Source: Chloroflexota bacterium (GTDB lineage: Bacteria > Chloroflexota > Dehalococcoidia > JACVQG01). From it: DNA of 53,212 nt. The stretch is from positions 1 to 53,212 of the forward strand of contig JACQTY010000032.1 of assembly GCA_016210545.1 (NCBI GenBank), written 5' to 3'. Below, piece after piece: positions 1-9,975 of the stretch. The position numbers and the translations under genes were made by a program. Under the pieces are notes generated by a model that saw only the letters and a program-made list of their open reading frames with translations, did no database searches and was not told the origin of the DNA. The first letter of the stretch is position 1; the number at the start of each line of letters is the position of its first letter.

Positions 1-198
1 CGCAATGACGGGGGTTGTTTGTTTTCAGAGCAGTAACCGCGACCAATGTCCCACAACCCCGAAATCCCCCTGTGTCCAGCAACCCAGGATATGGGTAAGG
101 GTCAGTTTACTAAAGGGGGCGCTCCGATGCACACGAGGCGCATCGGAGCGGGGGATTATCGCAACTGACTCAGCGGGATGAGTTCCGTATGCATGAAG

Positions 199-966
199 TT
201 ACTTATGCTTCCACGTGGGCTTGCGCTTCTCCAGGAAGGCGGTCAGGCCCTCTTTGGCGTCGTCCGTCATGAAGGACAGGGCCCCCAAGTCATTGGCCAC
301 GCCTAAAGCCTCGTGCAGGTTCAGGTTCAGCGTTCGGTATACTGCCCTGCGTCCATAGAGGAGGGCTATGCCGCTCTTGGCAGTGAACCGCTGGGCGAAT
401 TCCATCGACACCTTCTCCAGGTCGGCCTCAGGGACTACTTTGTTGACCAGTCCCAGGCGCTCGGCCTCTCTGGCGTCGATGCTGTCGCCGCTGAGGACGA
501 ACTCCATGCCTTTCTTTATGCCGAAGAGCCGGGGCGAGAAGACGGCTGCCACGGGGGGAATCACAGATAGCTTTATCTCGGGTTGCCCGAACTGGGCCTT
601 CTCGGAGGCGACTACCATATCGCAGGCCAGGGCGACCTCGCAGCCGCCGCCCAGGGCTATGCCGTTGACCACGCCAATTATGGGCTTGTCCAGGTCCAGC
701 ATGATCTTGAACAGCCGGTCGAAGACCTCTACCATTATCGGCGCCCGGTCGCCCAGGTGGTCCCGGATCTCAACGCCGGCCGAGAACGCCTTGGTCCCCG
801 AGCCGGCGATTATCTGCACCCTTACATCGGGGTCTGTTTTGGCCGCCGACAGGCAGGTGCACATCTCCTCCAGGGTCTCGATGTCCATGACATTGACCGG
901 AGGCTTGTTGATGACCAGCTTACCGATGCCATCGGCCTTGGTGACGATGATATTCTTGTATGCCAC
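199..966 (-). CDS. enoyl-CoA hydratase/isomerase (crotonase superfamily)
   Basis: 255-aa ORF with crotonase hallmarks (KPPVNVMD, AFSAGVEI, GVVNGIALGGGCEVALACD). GTG start is preceded by a GGAGAG Shine-Dalgarno. Confidence 0.85.
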   Translation of the reverse strand: MAYKNIIVTKADGIGKLVINKPPVNVMDIETLEEMCTCLSAAKTDPDVRVQIIAGSGTKAFSAGVEIRDHLGDRAPIMVEVFDRLFKIMLDLDKPIIGVVNGIALGGGCEVALACDMVVASEKAQFGQPEIKLSVIPPVAAVFSPRLFGIKKGMEFVLSGDSIDAREAERLGLVNKVVPEADLEKVSMEFAQRFTAKSGIALLYGRRAVYRTLNLNLHEALGVANDLGALSFMTDDAKEGLTAFLEKRKPTWKHK

Positions 967-1043
967 TGTAACTCTCCTCTCGCGCAGAATAGGCCGTTGA
1001 CGGGTTTCGGCCCCGGGACTCCCAGGGGCGGAGCCATTATAGA

Positions 1044-2165
1044 CTAAATCTTGTGGTAGGGGAAGACCAGTTTCTTGACCTCGTCCACCTTCTTCTTGAC
1101 AGAACGGCGGGCATAGGCCTTCTCCGCGGGGTTCAGCCCGGGGCCTTCACTATCGTGCAGCTTCTTAAGTCCGTAGAGTTCCTGATAGCTTGGCGGGATA
1201 TCAACCGGCCAGTCCCTGTCCATAAGGATGCCGTAGGCCACTGCCCAGGAGCGGGCAACCACTCCCACATCGTAGCCGCCGCCGCCCAGGGCCAGCCAGG
1301 GGCGGTCCAGGGAGCGTATCTCCTTCACCACCGCCGCATACCCGCGGGTGGTGAGGCAAAGGTGGGTGAGCGGGTCCAGGTAGTGAGTATCGCAGCCCAG
1401 TTGGGTAACCAGGATGTCGGGTTTGAAGACGTTGACCAGCGGGGGGACGATCTGTCTGAAGGCCCAGAGATAGGCATCGTCATCGGTGTGGGGCGCCAGC
1501 GGCAGGTTGACGGAATAGCCCTCTCCGGGGCCTTCGCCGATCTCGTCCGTCTCGCCGGTGCCGGGGAACAGCAAACGGCCCGTTTCGTGCAAGGATATGG
1601 TAAGCACCTGGTCCGTCGAGTAGAAAGCCCGCTGCACGCTGTCCCCGTGGTGGGCATCGATGTCGATGTAGGCCACCCTCAGGCCGCTCTGCAAGAGATA
1701 GTTAATAGCTATCACGGCGTCGTTGAAGATGCAAAAGCCGGAGGCGCAACGGGGTTCAGCGTGGTGATGGCCGCCGGTGACATTGAACGCCGCGTCCACT
1801 TTTCCCTGCACCACAAGTTCGGCGGCAGCCAGCGAGCCGCCCACGGCGGCCATAGCCGCCTCGTACATGCCGGGGTAGGCAAGGTTATCGCCATGTTCGC
1901 TGAAGTTGTAGAGCTGAGGGTTAAAGCGGCGGTCCCCCCGGCTGATTCCCCTTACAGCCTCGATGTACTCGCGGGCATGAAAGGACAACAACTCCGATTC
2001 GTTGACCTCACGCGGCGATACGAGCTTCGATCCCGGCAGCTTGAAGGCGTCATAGGCTTTCAGAAGCTCGTACGTGTACTGCAAACGGGTAGGCTGAGTT
2101 ACACCTGGTGGAAACAGGTCCTTGTTGCCCAGAGCCGGCTCATAGATGAAGGCTGCTCTTCTCAT
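1044..2165 (-). CDS. histone-deacetylase-family (AcuC-like) deacetylase
   Basis: Track ORF 1044..2186. HDAC motifs GGHHHAEP, DIDAHHGDS, SLHE..FPGTG, GGGGYD. Preferred start ATG 2165 forms an ATGA overlap with the stop of the upstream gene. Confidence 0.85.
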   Translation of the reverse strand: MRRAAFIYEPALGNKDLFPPGVTQPTRLQYTYELLKAYDAFKLPGSKLVSPREVNESELLSFHAREYIEAVRGISRGDRRFNPQLYNFSEHGDNLAYPGMYEAAMAAVGGSLAAAELVVQGKVDAAFNVTGGHHHAEPRCASGFCIFNDAVIAINYLLQSGLRVAYIDIDAHHGDSVQRAFYSTDQVLTISLHETGRLLFPGTGETDEIGEGPGEGYSVNLPLAPHTDDDAYLWAFRQIVPPLVNVFKPDILVTQLGCDTHYLDPLTHLCLTTRGYAAVVKEIRSLDRPWLALGGGGYDVGVVARSWAVAYGILMDRDWPVDIPPSYQELYGLKKLHDSEGPGLNPAEKAYARRSVKKKVDEVKKLVFPYHKI

Positions 2166-2644
2166 GGACGCACCCCCGCTTGCCATTGCTCCAAATCATG
2201 ATTCATGTTCTGCCAGTGTGTGCCCCGCCAGTAAACGCGCTTACACCCGGGGCACTGCCGGAACTCCGTTTGAGTTTTGAATACGTATGGCGGCACCAGG
2301 TCCCTCATGTCCTCTTTGGCCCGCTCAACAAGGACCTCATTGCACTCCAGGCAGCGTGTGAACCGGCCCAGGTTGTAGTCGAGTCGGAGAGCCGACACTA
2401 CCTGGCGGAGCTGTTGCTCCGGGCGGTCGTCTTGAACGAGCAATGCCTTGAGGCGACCTATGGTCACTATCCTGCGCCGCATGATCTGGGTGTCCCTGGT
2501 CAACAGTATCCTATCCTCCTTCAACGCCGTGGCGATGAGGTGGTTGTCGTCTTCGTCAGGGATCACCTTGGCATCATAGCCCAGCACCCGCAACAGGCGA
2601 GCGAGCTTGACTACGTTCACGTCTGCCAGGAAACGGACTTCCAT
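2162..2644 (-). CDS. Mut7-C RNase-domain (DUF82) protein with C-terminal zinc ribbon
   Basis: Track ORF 2162..2779; likely start ATG 2644 (MEVRFLADVN). Pattern LARLLRVLGYD .. RILLTRD .. RCLECN .. CPGCKRVYWRGTHW is typical of the family. Confidence 0.8.
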   Translation of the reverse strand: MEVRFLADVNVVKLARLLRVLGYDAKVIPDEDDNHLIATALKEDRILLTRDTQIMRRRIVTIGRLKALLVQDDRPEQQLRQVVSALRLDYNLGRFTRCLECNEVLVERAKEDMRDLVPPYVFKTQTEFRQCPGCKRVYWRGTHWQNMNHDLEQWQAGVRP

Positions 2645-2815
2645 GACACCAGTATACAATTTCCCGCACGACCGTTCCTGTGTGAAACGAGTCCCGGACG
2701 CTTCCGTTGTTCTGCTGATTGCCACTTGACCCCCAACCCCTTCCCGTTTCGGGAATCCCGATACATCGGGACTTCCCACCCTGGGAAGGGACTGAGGGTT
2801 AGGTCGAAAAGGGGT

Positions 2816-3580
2816 CTACACCCTTAGCCTCATCCCCTCCTTGGCCAGCGTTATGGATGCATTTAGATCCTCGGCTACCGCTTTCACCTCGGCTGCCAGC
2901 TCTTCATGGTCGCGTATGGGGAGATGCACCAGGACGACCCTGGGCAGGTATCCCTTCAGCTTCTGGAACTGTACCAGCTCGTCGCGCAGGGAGGCGGGGG
3001 TAAAGTGCTGCGCTGCGGCCATCCGCTGGGCCAGGCGGTTTGGCCCGCTCATCTCCGTGATCAGAAGCTGCGGTGAAATGTGTTCCCAGCACGATGCCAG
3101 CCCGGGACCGGTGTCCCCAGTATAGAAAAAGCTTTTTCCGCCGCGGCTGACCAGATAGCCGACGGTGGGGACGGCGTGGCTGACAGGCGCCGGCAGGATA
3201 GTGTAGCCGTGAAGCTGGAACGGCTTCAACGGCTCGACGGCGCGAAGTTCCAGCGCCGGCTTTTCCGGCGGCCACTGAGAGAAATTGGGGTAAAGCCTGC
3301 CGTTGATGAGGTGGGTTGTTAACATCTCCAGCACCGGCGCCGTGGCGTAAAGCGGCGTGGTCCCGATGAAGGCGGTAGCCAGCCCGAAGGTGGCCACGTC
3401 TCGAACGTGATCGAAGTGGTGATGGGTGAGCAGGATGGCGGACAGCTTCTCCTGGGCTGGCAGCGACAGGCTCGAAGTAAGCCCGCCGGCGTCTAAGACC
3501 AGCGAGTTGTCGACAAGAAGCGAAGTCAGTCTGGTCTCCGAGGACTCCAGATTGTGGGCGCCCAGGATGCGGATTTCCAT
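2816..3580 (-). CDS. MBL-fold metallo-hydrolase
   Basis: 254-aa ORF with the HHHFDH metal-binding motif and downstream ligand-like H/D residues. Confidence 0.8.
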   Translation of the reverse strand: MEIRILGAHNLESSETRLTSLLVDNSLVLDAGGLTSSLSLPAQEKLSAILLTHHHFDHVRDVATFGLATAFIGTTPLYATAPVLEMLTTHLINGRLYPNFSQWPPEKPALELRAVEPLKPFQLHGYTILPAPVSHAVPTVGYLVSRGGKSFFYTGDTGPGLASCWEHISPQLLITEMSGPNRLAQRMAAAQHFTPASLRDELVQFQKLKGYLPRVVLVHLPIRDHEELAAEVKAVAEDLNASITLAKEGMRLRV

Positions 3581-3625
3581 GCTTACCTCTATGGCAGATG
3601 AAGGTCTATTGAAGCAGAGGCTCTT

Positions 3626-4603
3626 CTATATCCACCGGCGGTGTCTGAAGAAATACAACATGCCGGCCACAACGGCAACTTGAAGGATAACGGTGCCTAT
3701 GAACACGTTCGTGTTGTTCACCCACGAAGCGGGTATGGTGTTGGACCCGGCCACGGTAGATAGCAGCTCCACCGGCATGAGGACCGCGATGAATATGGTC
3801 AGCACACGCATTATCTCCTGGATGCGGTGAGAGGTGAGCCAGTTGCTGGTGTCGGACAGGGAGTCCACGATCTCCCTGTGGTCCTCCAGTGTGCCGCGGA
3901 TCTTGTGCAGGTGGTCGCCAATGTCGCCGAAGTAGACTCCCAGGTCTTCGTCCAGGAACGGGTACTTCTGGTTCTCCAGGTTCCGCTCCAGACCGTCGAT
4001 CACGTCGATCTGGGGGCGGATGATCCGGCGCAAGGAGATTATGTCCCTGCGGAGCACCAGGATGCCCTGGGCCGTCTGGGGCACCGGCTTACTTATGACA
4101 GCGTCCTGCAGGGACTCGATGTTGTCGTTGATCTTGTCCAGCATGGGGAATATGGCATCCACCAGGCGGTCTATGACCTGATAGAAGAGGTAGCCGGAGC
4201 CCTTCTCCATGTATTTGCGGCGCAATTGCTCGTCCAACTGGCACTCCTTGAAGAGTTTGGCCAGAGGCTTGAGGTCGCCGCCGCAGTGCACGGTCACCAG
4301 GAAATTCTTCCCGACGAAGATATCCACCTCGCTGGGCAGGCTGATACGGGCCTGCTTATCGAAAACCGGGAAGTGCAACACTGTGAACAGGTGCTCGTCG
4401 TATTCGTCGATCTTGGGTCGCTGGATACGGCTGAGGCAGTCCTCCAGATTCAACGGATGAAAATAAGTATACTCCTTAGCCAGTATGTCTATCTCTCGCG
4501 GCGTAGGGCGTTCGATATAAGTCCATGTGAGGTCGCCCCAGGTGACCTTCCACAGGTTCATCTGTGCCGGCTGCTTCTCCCTGGTCGGTTGGACTACCGC
4601 CAT
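3626..4603 (-). CDS. CorA-family divalent-cation transporter-like protein (non-canonical GSN in place of GMN)
   Basis: 325 aa. C-terminus LTIFIAVLMPVELLSTVAGSNTIP aligns to the CorA LT..F.P..F..G.YGMNF..MP signature, followed by a second TM helix and a basic tail (FRHRRWI). ATG 4603 is preceded by AGAGGAGAAAG. Confidence 0.75.
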   Translation of the reverse strand: MAVVQPTREKQPAQMNLWKVTWGDLTWTYIERPTPREIDILAKEYTYFHPLNLEDCLSRIQRPKIDEYDEHLFTVLHFPVFDKQARISLPSEVDIFVGKNFLVTVHCGGDLKPLAKLFKECQLDEQLRRKYMEKGSGYLFYQVIDRLVDAIFPMLDKINDNIESLQDAVISKPVPQTAQGILVLRRDIISLRRIIRPQIDVIDGLERNLENQKYPFLDEDLGVYFGDIGDHLHKIRGTLEDHREIVDSLSDTSNWLTSHRIQEIMRVLTIFIAVLMPVELLSTVAGSNTIPASWVNNTNVFIGTVILQVAVVAGMLYFFRHRRWI

Positions 4604-4832
4604 CTTTCTCCTCTGCTAGGCCCGGGTACGGGCGCGGTGCACCATGCCCGTACCGAAATCCCAAGCAATCCCAAATCTCAACGACCAAAGAGTTCTGGCG
4701 ACTCCTCCCTGCTAGGCCCAACAGGTCGAAAAAGTCCCCCGCCAAAGGTTTGACCACGCCTGTCTCAGTGTTGAGATTTGGGTCATTTGGATTTGCCTGG
4801 AGTTTAGAAATTAGTGCTTGGGATTTCCGTGT

Positions 4833-5828
4833 CTATATCCAGCGCCAGCGGTGGAACAAGAACACCATTCCTATCACGATAGTTACTTGCACAGCGACTG
4901 CGCTGGCGAAGTGAGGGCTGTTGTGGACCCAGGCCCGGGGTATGCTGTTGGCGCCTTCCATATCGGAAAGCAGCTTGACAGCCGTAAAGACCGCCAGGAA
5001 CATGGTCAGGAGTCGCATTATGCCCTGAATACGATGGGATGTCAGCCAGTTACTGGTGTCGGAGAGTGAGTCTATTATGTCTTTTTGGTCTTCCAACACA
5101 CCACGGATCTTGTGGAGGTGGTCTCCCACGTCGCCGAAGTACTCCCCCAGGTCCTCCTCCAGAAAAGGATGCCTCCGCCTTTTCAATTGGCGCTCCAGAC
5201 TGTCCATTACCTCTATCTGAGGCCGCACGACACGCTGCATGGAAATGATATCGTGGCGGACGACCAGGATACGTTGCGCGGTACGGGCCTCGGGTCTAGT
5301 TATGACTGTGTCCTGCAGCGACTCGATCTTATCATTGATCTTGTCCAGCATGGGGAATATGGCATCCACCAGCCGGTCTATGATCTGGTGGAAGAGGTGG
5401 CCGGAGCCCTTTCCCATATACTTGCGGCGCGCTGTTTCGTCCGTCTGGCAGTCCCTGAAGAACTGGGACAGGCGTTTCAGGTTCCCCGAGCAGTGAACGG
5501 TTACCAGGAAGTTCTTGCCGATGAAGAAGTCCACCTCGCTGGGGGAGCTGACTTGCGCCTGTCTGTCGTAGACAGGGAAGTGCAACACCATGAACAGGTG
5601 TTCGTCGTACTCGTCGATCTTGGGGCGCTGGATGCGGCTGAGGCAGTCGTCCAGGTTCAGCGGGTGGAAGTATGGGTGATTCCTGGCCAGGTTCTCCATT
5701 TCACGTTGCGCAGGCCGCTCGATATACGTCCAGGTGAGGTCACCGAAGGCGATCTCTGACATGGCAGGCTGCGCCTGCAATTCGTCTTTTGCGCGTTGGG
5801 TTAGGGCCACATAGCGCCTCGCATACAC
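4833..5828 (-). CDS. CorA-family transporter-like paralogue (GAN in place of GMN)
   Basis: 331-aa ORF, clearly paralogous to 3626..4603 along its whole length (GDLTWTYIERP, YFHPLNLEDCLSRIQRPKIDEYDEHLF, DTSNWLTSHRIQ). Start is uncertain: GTG 5828 or ATG 5762. Confidence 0.75.
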   Translation of the reverse strand: MYARRYVALTQRAKDELQAQPAMSEIAFGDLTWTYIERPAQREMENLARNHPYFHPLNLDDCLSRIQRPKIDEYDEHLFMVLHFPVYDRQAQVSSPSEVDFFIGKNFLVTVHCSGNLKRLSQFFRDCQTDETARRKYMGKGSGHLFHQIIDRLVDAIFPMLDKINDKIESLQDTVITRPEARTAQRILVVRHDIISMQRVVRPQIEVMDSLERQLKRRRHPFLEEDLGEYFGDVGDHLHKIRGVLEDQKDIIDSLSDTSNWLTSHRIQGIMRLLTMFLAVFTAVKLLSDMEGANSIPRAWVHNSPHFASAVAVQVTIVIGMVFLFHRWRWI

Positions 5829-5865
5829 GTCTGGGGGTCACAGTTTGGCCTGCCCGGGACTGGTC

Positions 5866-6786
5866 CTACAGCTTCAGGTAGCTGTGGGCGTAGAGGATCT
5901 TGCCTTCCAGCATCTGGATGGTCTTCGCTATATCCTTGACTTCCTGATTGGACATGTTCACGCCGCCAGCGTCGAATTTCTCCGCTGCGGCATAAGTATC
6001 GTAAAGGGCCAGGTAGACTTTGCCTTTGGGGGTCGAATCGTCCCGCTTCTCAAGAATGCGCAGCGCCCCCATTAGCTCCTTATCCATCGGGTCGGCGATG
6101 GCTGAGTCCAGGCCGGCCCCCAGCAGCATGACCATGAACACACGGTTGATGAGCGGGCGCAGTTCGTTGGGGGCCCCGTTGGAAATGTTCGAGAGGCCGC
6201 AGGTCGTCATGGGCGGCGGGTCCGACATCTGCTTGAAGAAGCGGACGGCTTCCACGGTGTTCATAGCCTGGTCCTGGTTGCCGTTGACCGTGAGCACCAG
6301 CGGGTCAAGATATATGTGCTGCGACGGCACGTTGTGCTGGGCGCAGATCGGCAGGATGTGTTCCGAGGCCAGTTCGATGCGGGCGTCCGCGGTAGTGGGC
6401 AGACCAGTGGCGGCTAACGTCAGGGCAATGATGTTTGCGTTGTATTGGGCAGCCAGCGGCACCAGGGCGTTCAGTCGCTCGGGGGTGGCGTCGGTGCTGT
6501 TGATGATGGGCTGCATGGTCGTTACCTTGAGGCCGGCCTCGATGGCGACGGGGTTGGTGGTATCCAGCGAAAGGGGGGTATTGGTGACCTCCTGCACGGT
6601 GTTGACTATCCACTCCATGACCGCCGCCCCATCCTTCTTGCGGGGGCCGATATTGAGGTCGATCACGTTCGCGCCTGCTTTGACCTGCCGCAGGGCCAGG
6701 TCCTGGATGAATGCCTTGTCCCGGGTATCGATCGCGGCCCGTACCTTGGGGGAGATTACATGGATGGACTCACCGATTACGATCAT
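5866..6786 (-). CDS. acsE: methyltetrahydrofolate:corrinoid/iron-sulfur protein Co-methyltransferase
   Basis: 306 aa. Pterin-binding fold, collinear with Moorella MeTr (IIGE.I.., DLN.GP, MEW.V..VQEV.., SLD.TN..AIEAGLK, INST, GLSN.S). Confidence 0.85.
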   Translation of the reverse strand: MIVIGESIHVISPKVRAAIDTRDKAFIQDLALRQVKAGANVIDLNIGPRKKDGAAVMEWIVNTVQEVTNTPLSLDTTNPVAIEAGLKVTTMQPIINSTDATPERLNALVPLAAQYNANIIALTLAATGLPTTADARIELASEHILPICAQHNVPSQHIYLDPLVLTVNGNQDQAMNTVEAVRFFKQMSDPPPMTTCGLSNISNGAPNELRPLINRVFMVMLLGAGLDSAIADPMDKELMGALRILEKRDDSTPKGKVYLALYDTYAAAEKFDAGGVNMSNQEVKDIAKTIQMLEGKILYAHSYLKL

Positions 6787-6825
6787 GACGTCCTCTCCTT
6801 CCTCAATTTGGTTTCGTGATTGACT

Positions 6826-7584
6826 CTATACCAGCCCCAGCTTCCCGGCTACTTCTTCTACGCCACGCCGCAGGGGCGAGTCTGCCGGCAGCTCCTTGAG
6901 GGCCGTGCCCCGGCCATCCAGTTCGGTTACCATAGGGTCGGTGTGCAGGGTAGCCAGGAGGTCCAGGCCCGATTCCCCTATGCTCCGTTCCGCCTCCGAC
7001 GACAATGGCCCGCTGGCCCGGTTTATCACCAGGCCTATCCTCTCCACCCGGGTGCGGATCTCTTTGATGAGGTCTCTGGTCCGCACCGCGGTGATGATCC
7101 CGCGCAGCGACGGGTCCGAAACGATAAGCAAGATGTCCACGTCACGGGTCGTCTGGCGGCTGATGTGCTCCATCCCGGCCTCGTTGTCTATCACCACGTA
7201 ATCGTAGTTGGTCTCCAGGCGGTCGATGACGGTGCGCATCATGTTGTTGGCGGCGCAGTAACACCCCGGTCCCTCCGGCCGTCCCATAGCCAGGAGGTCC
7301 AGTCCCGACGCCTCAACGATGGACTCGTGGATCCTGAGGTCGATGTAGTCATGCTTGGCCATGCCCGGGTTGAATTTGTTTCCCCTGACTGCCGTGAGCA
7401 TCTCCTCACGGACCTCGCCTACCGTGCTGGTCAAGGGTAGCCCCAGGGCCAGGTGCAGATTGGAGCTGGGATCGCCGTCGATGGCCAGCACCACGCCCTT
7501 TTTCGTAAGAATTTGAATGAGGAGGGCGGCGATAGTGGTCTTGCCCACGCCACCCTTCCCGGCAATTGCGATAGTCTTGGTCAT
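6826..7584 (-). CDS. cooC: CooC/AcsF-type nickel-insertion ATPase (CODH/ACS maturation factor)
   Basis: 252 aa. N-terminal deviant Walker A AGKGGVGKTT, MinD/ParA-like fold, CxC-type motif (GPGCYCAANN). Its start abuts the AOR stop. Confidence 0.85.
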   Translation of the reverse strand: MTKTIAIAGKGGVGKTTIAALLIQILTKKGVVLAIDGDPSSNLHLALGLPLTSTVGEVREEMLTAVRGNKFNPGMAKHDYIDLRIHESIVEASGLDLLAMGRPEGPGCYCAANNMMRTVIDRLETNYDYVVIDNEAGMEHISRQTTRDVDILLIVSDPSLRGIITAVRTRDLIKEIRTRVERIGLVINRASGPLSSEAERSIGESGLDLLATLHTDPMVTELDGRGTALKELPADSPLRRGVEEVAGKLGLV

Positions 7585-9522
7585 CTACACCTTCAAAGCG
7601 TCGGCTACGTATTCCAGCCCTAGCTCTGCGAGATTCTTTCGGGTGGGGATGCCCGTCTTCGGGTCCCAGCCCTTCTCCTCGTAGTACCTGTCCAGCATGG
7701 CATCCACGTCCCCGGCTGTGACCGGGGCTATGCCGAAGTAATCTTTGAGAACGGTCTCGTCCCCCTTGTCAGGCCGCTTCAGGGGTTGGAGCCACCGTTG
7801 GGGAAACCGGTCGTCTTTGCGGTCAAAGCCTTCCCGGGCGTTGAGCGCCCTGTAAATATTGTATGCCCTTTCCGCAGCTTTTGAAAGGTCTTCAGGTTGT
7901 CGCGGTATGCCGGTAGCGGCGGAATAGACGTCGGCGCAAATGGGAAGGTCATACAGGCGCGACGACTGCATTCGGAAGCAGATTCCCAGGCAATTGAGTA
8001 CCGTAGCCCAGTTCTCGTAGTGGGCCAGCAGCCGGCCCAGATCGAAGCCGGGCGAGACAAAGATGCGCTCGATATCCTTGTCCGACAGCCCGCGGCGGGC
8101 CATGACCTTTTTGAAGAAGTCGGGGTTGCGGCCCTTGGCCACAGTGAGGCCGCCGACGGGCATGTCGTGGGCGCCCCTGGGGTTGGTCACTGCCCCCAGC
8201 GCCTCCACGCCGAAGCTGATGCGGGCGTCGAAGTCCGGCTCCGTGCCCTTGATGTGGTAGGCGTACTTCTCCACTCCCTTGCCGAGCTTTTGAATTGCGC
8301 CCAGCCAGCCCGCCCCAAGCACCTGTCCGAAGCCCTCGGCCCTGGCGGTCATCTCCAACAGGCGGTACGTAGTCTCGAATCCCCGGTCCAACGCCAGGCC
8401 GCCGGTGTCCTCTCTGTTGATTATGCCCTTTTCGTACAGGTCCACGCAGAAGTCCAGGATGGCGCTAAAGGTGAGGCAGTCTATTCCATAGCGATTGGCC
8501 ATGTCCAGGAGCTTCACCGCCCGGTCCAGGCTGCCAACCTCGTTCTTTGTGCCGAAGGCCAGGGCCATGGTGTCCGCGGTAGACGTCGTCATACTCAGCC
8601 CGGCGAACTCCCCGGACTTTATCTCCAGTTGAAACTTGTCAGGGACGAGACATCCCGGGCAGCCGACGGTGCACCGGCGCATTTCCAGAAACCTCTGCGC
8701 CCCGTACTGCTCTATCGCCTGTTTCTCGGGGAAGACCTGGGTCTGGTTGCGGTGGATGAAATACCCGGCCTTGGCCCAGGTATCGAAGACCAGGTACAGG
8801 CCCAACTGCGCCCACTTGTCCCGCAGCGGGTCCCTGAGCGAGTCATCCCGCAACGCCTCCACTGAGGTCTTGAACCTGGTGCTGTGGCATACGGCCAACC
8901 CTTTTGTGCCCTTAACCACAATGGCCTTCAGGTTCTTGGAACCGAAGTTGGCCGCGTTGGAGCGGCCCAGCGTGGCGCACTTGTCGATAAGCACCATGCC
9001 GGTCCGGACCAGCCGTTCTCCGGCCGGACCGATGCAGACAGCGCTGCTTTGCTGCCCGTACTGGCTGTGCAGCTCGTCGGTGGCCTCCACGATGTCTTTC
9101 CCCCAGAGATTGCCGGCGTCATGGAGCTTCACTTCGTTGTCGAAGATGGTGAGATAGACGGGTTGGGGCGCCCGCCCGGTGACGATGACGTGGTCGTAGC
9201 CGGCCCACTTGAGCATGGGGCCGAAGTAGCCGCTGCCCACGGCGGTGGAGATGGCGCCTGAGGCCGGGCACTTGGTGGTGAGAAAAGACTTGGGGGCGCT
9301 GGGCGCTAAGGTGCCATTGAGGACCCCGGCGCCGAAGATCAGGGGCATCTCCGGCGACAGGGCGTCGGTCTTCGGCCTAATGAGGTCGAAGGCCAGCCTG
9401 GCGTTCATCCCCCAGCCGCCAATGAACGCCTCCGCAAGGGACAGGTCCAGGGGGTCCTGCTGCACTCTCCCCGTCGTCAGGTCAACTCTGAGTATCCGGC
9501 CGGCATAACCGTAGAATTTCAT
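7585..9522 (-). CDS. aor: aldehyde:ferredoxin oxidoreductase (tungsten/molybdopterin AOR family)
   Basis: 645 aa. N-terminus GYAGRILRVDLTTG is typical of AOR. Strong SD (GAGGAGG). Stop TAG 7585-7587 lies directly next to the cooC ATG. Confidence 0.9.
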   Translation of the reverse strand: MKFYGYAGRILRVDLTTGRVQQDPLDLSLAEAFIGGWGMNARLAFDLIRPKTDALSPEMPLIFGAGVLNGTLAPSAPKSFLTTKCPASGAISTAVGSGYFGPMLKWAGYDHVIVTGRAPQPVYLTIFDNEVKLHDAGNLWGKDIVEATDELHSQYGQQSSAVCIGPAGERLVRTGMVLIDKCATLGRSNAANFGSKNLKAIVVKGTKGLAVCHSTRFKTSVEALRDDSLRDPLRDKWAQLGLYLVFDTWAKAGYFIHRNQTQVFPEKQAIEQYGAQRFLEMRRCTVGCPGCLVPDKFQLEIKSGEFAGLSMTTSTADTMALAFGTKNEVGSLDRAVKLLDMANRYGIDCLTFSAILDFCVDLYEKGIINREDTGGLALDRGFETTYRLLEMTARAEGFGQVLGAGWLGAIQKLGKGVEKYAYHIKGTEPDFDARISFGVEALGAVTNPRGAHDMPVGGLTVAKGRNPDFFKKVMARRGLSDKDIERIFVSPGFDLGRLLAHYENWATVLNCLGICFRMQSSRLYDLPICADVYSAATGIPRQPEDLSKAAERAYNIYRALNAREGFDRKDDRFPQRWLQPLKRPDKGDETVLKDYFGIAPVTAGDVDAMLDRYYEEKGWDPKTGIPTRKNLAELGLEYVADALKV

Positions 9523-9534
9523 ACCCGCACCTCC

Positions 9535-9759
9535 TCAGGTGAGCTTCAAGGCGCCAAAAGCGCAGTTCTCGGCGCACAGGCCGCAGGATGTGCAGTCCTC
9601 AGTGAAGCCGATACGGTACTCGTAGCCGAGCGTCGGTTCGACGGCTATCCACGCTTTGAGAGGGTTGTAGGTGTCGGTGTAGAAGTGAGAGCATACCAGC
9701 CCGCAGCGCAGGCAGCCGACGCACTTAGCTTCATCTATGGCAATATTTTCTGGTTTCAT
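9535..9759 (-). CDS. small 2x[4Fe-4S] ferredoxin
   Basis: 74 aa with CVGCLRCGLVC and CTSCGLCAENC cluster motifs. Sits immediately upstream of the AOR gene. Confidence 0.8.
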   Translation of the reverse strand: MKPENIAIDEAKCVGCLRCGLVCSHFYTDTYNPLKAWIAVEPTLGYEYRIGFTEDCTSCGLCAENCAFGALKLT

Positions 9760-9975
9760 CGTCCTGTCACCACCCTAGTACGATTCGGCCCCGATGTGTC
9801 GGGGCGCGGTCTTGCTTGATTATAACCAAGTGATAGCGTGGGGGCAAATGAAGGGGTGGGGCAGATATAAACCGCGGGGTTTGTGCCCGTTGCGGTGGCA
9901 CCGGAGCAGACCTCCCGGGCCGCGCCGCCTTTTGCCAACGTCATGCATTGTGATACGATGACCTTGTAACGCTGA

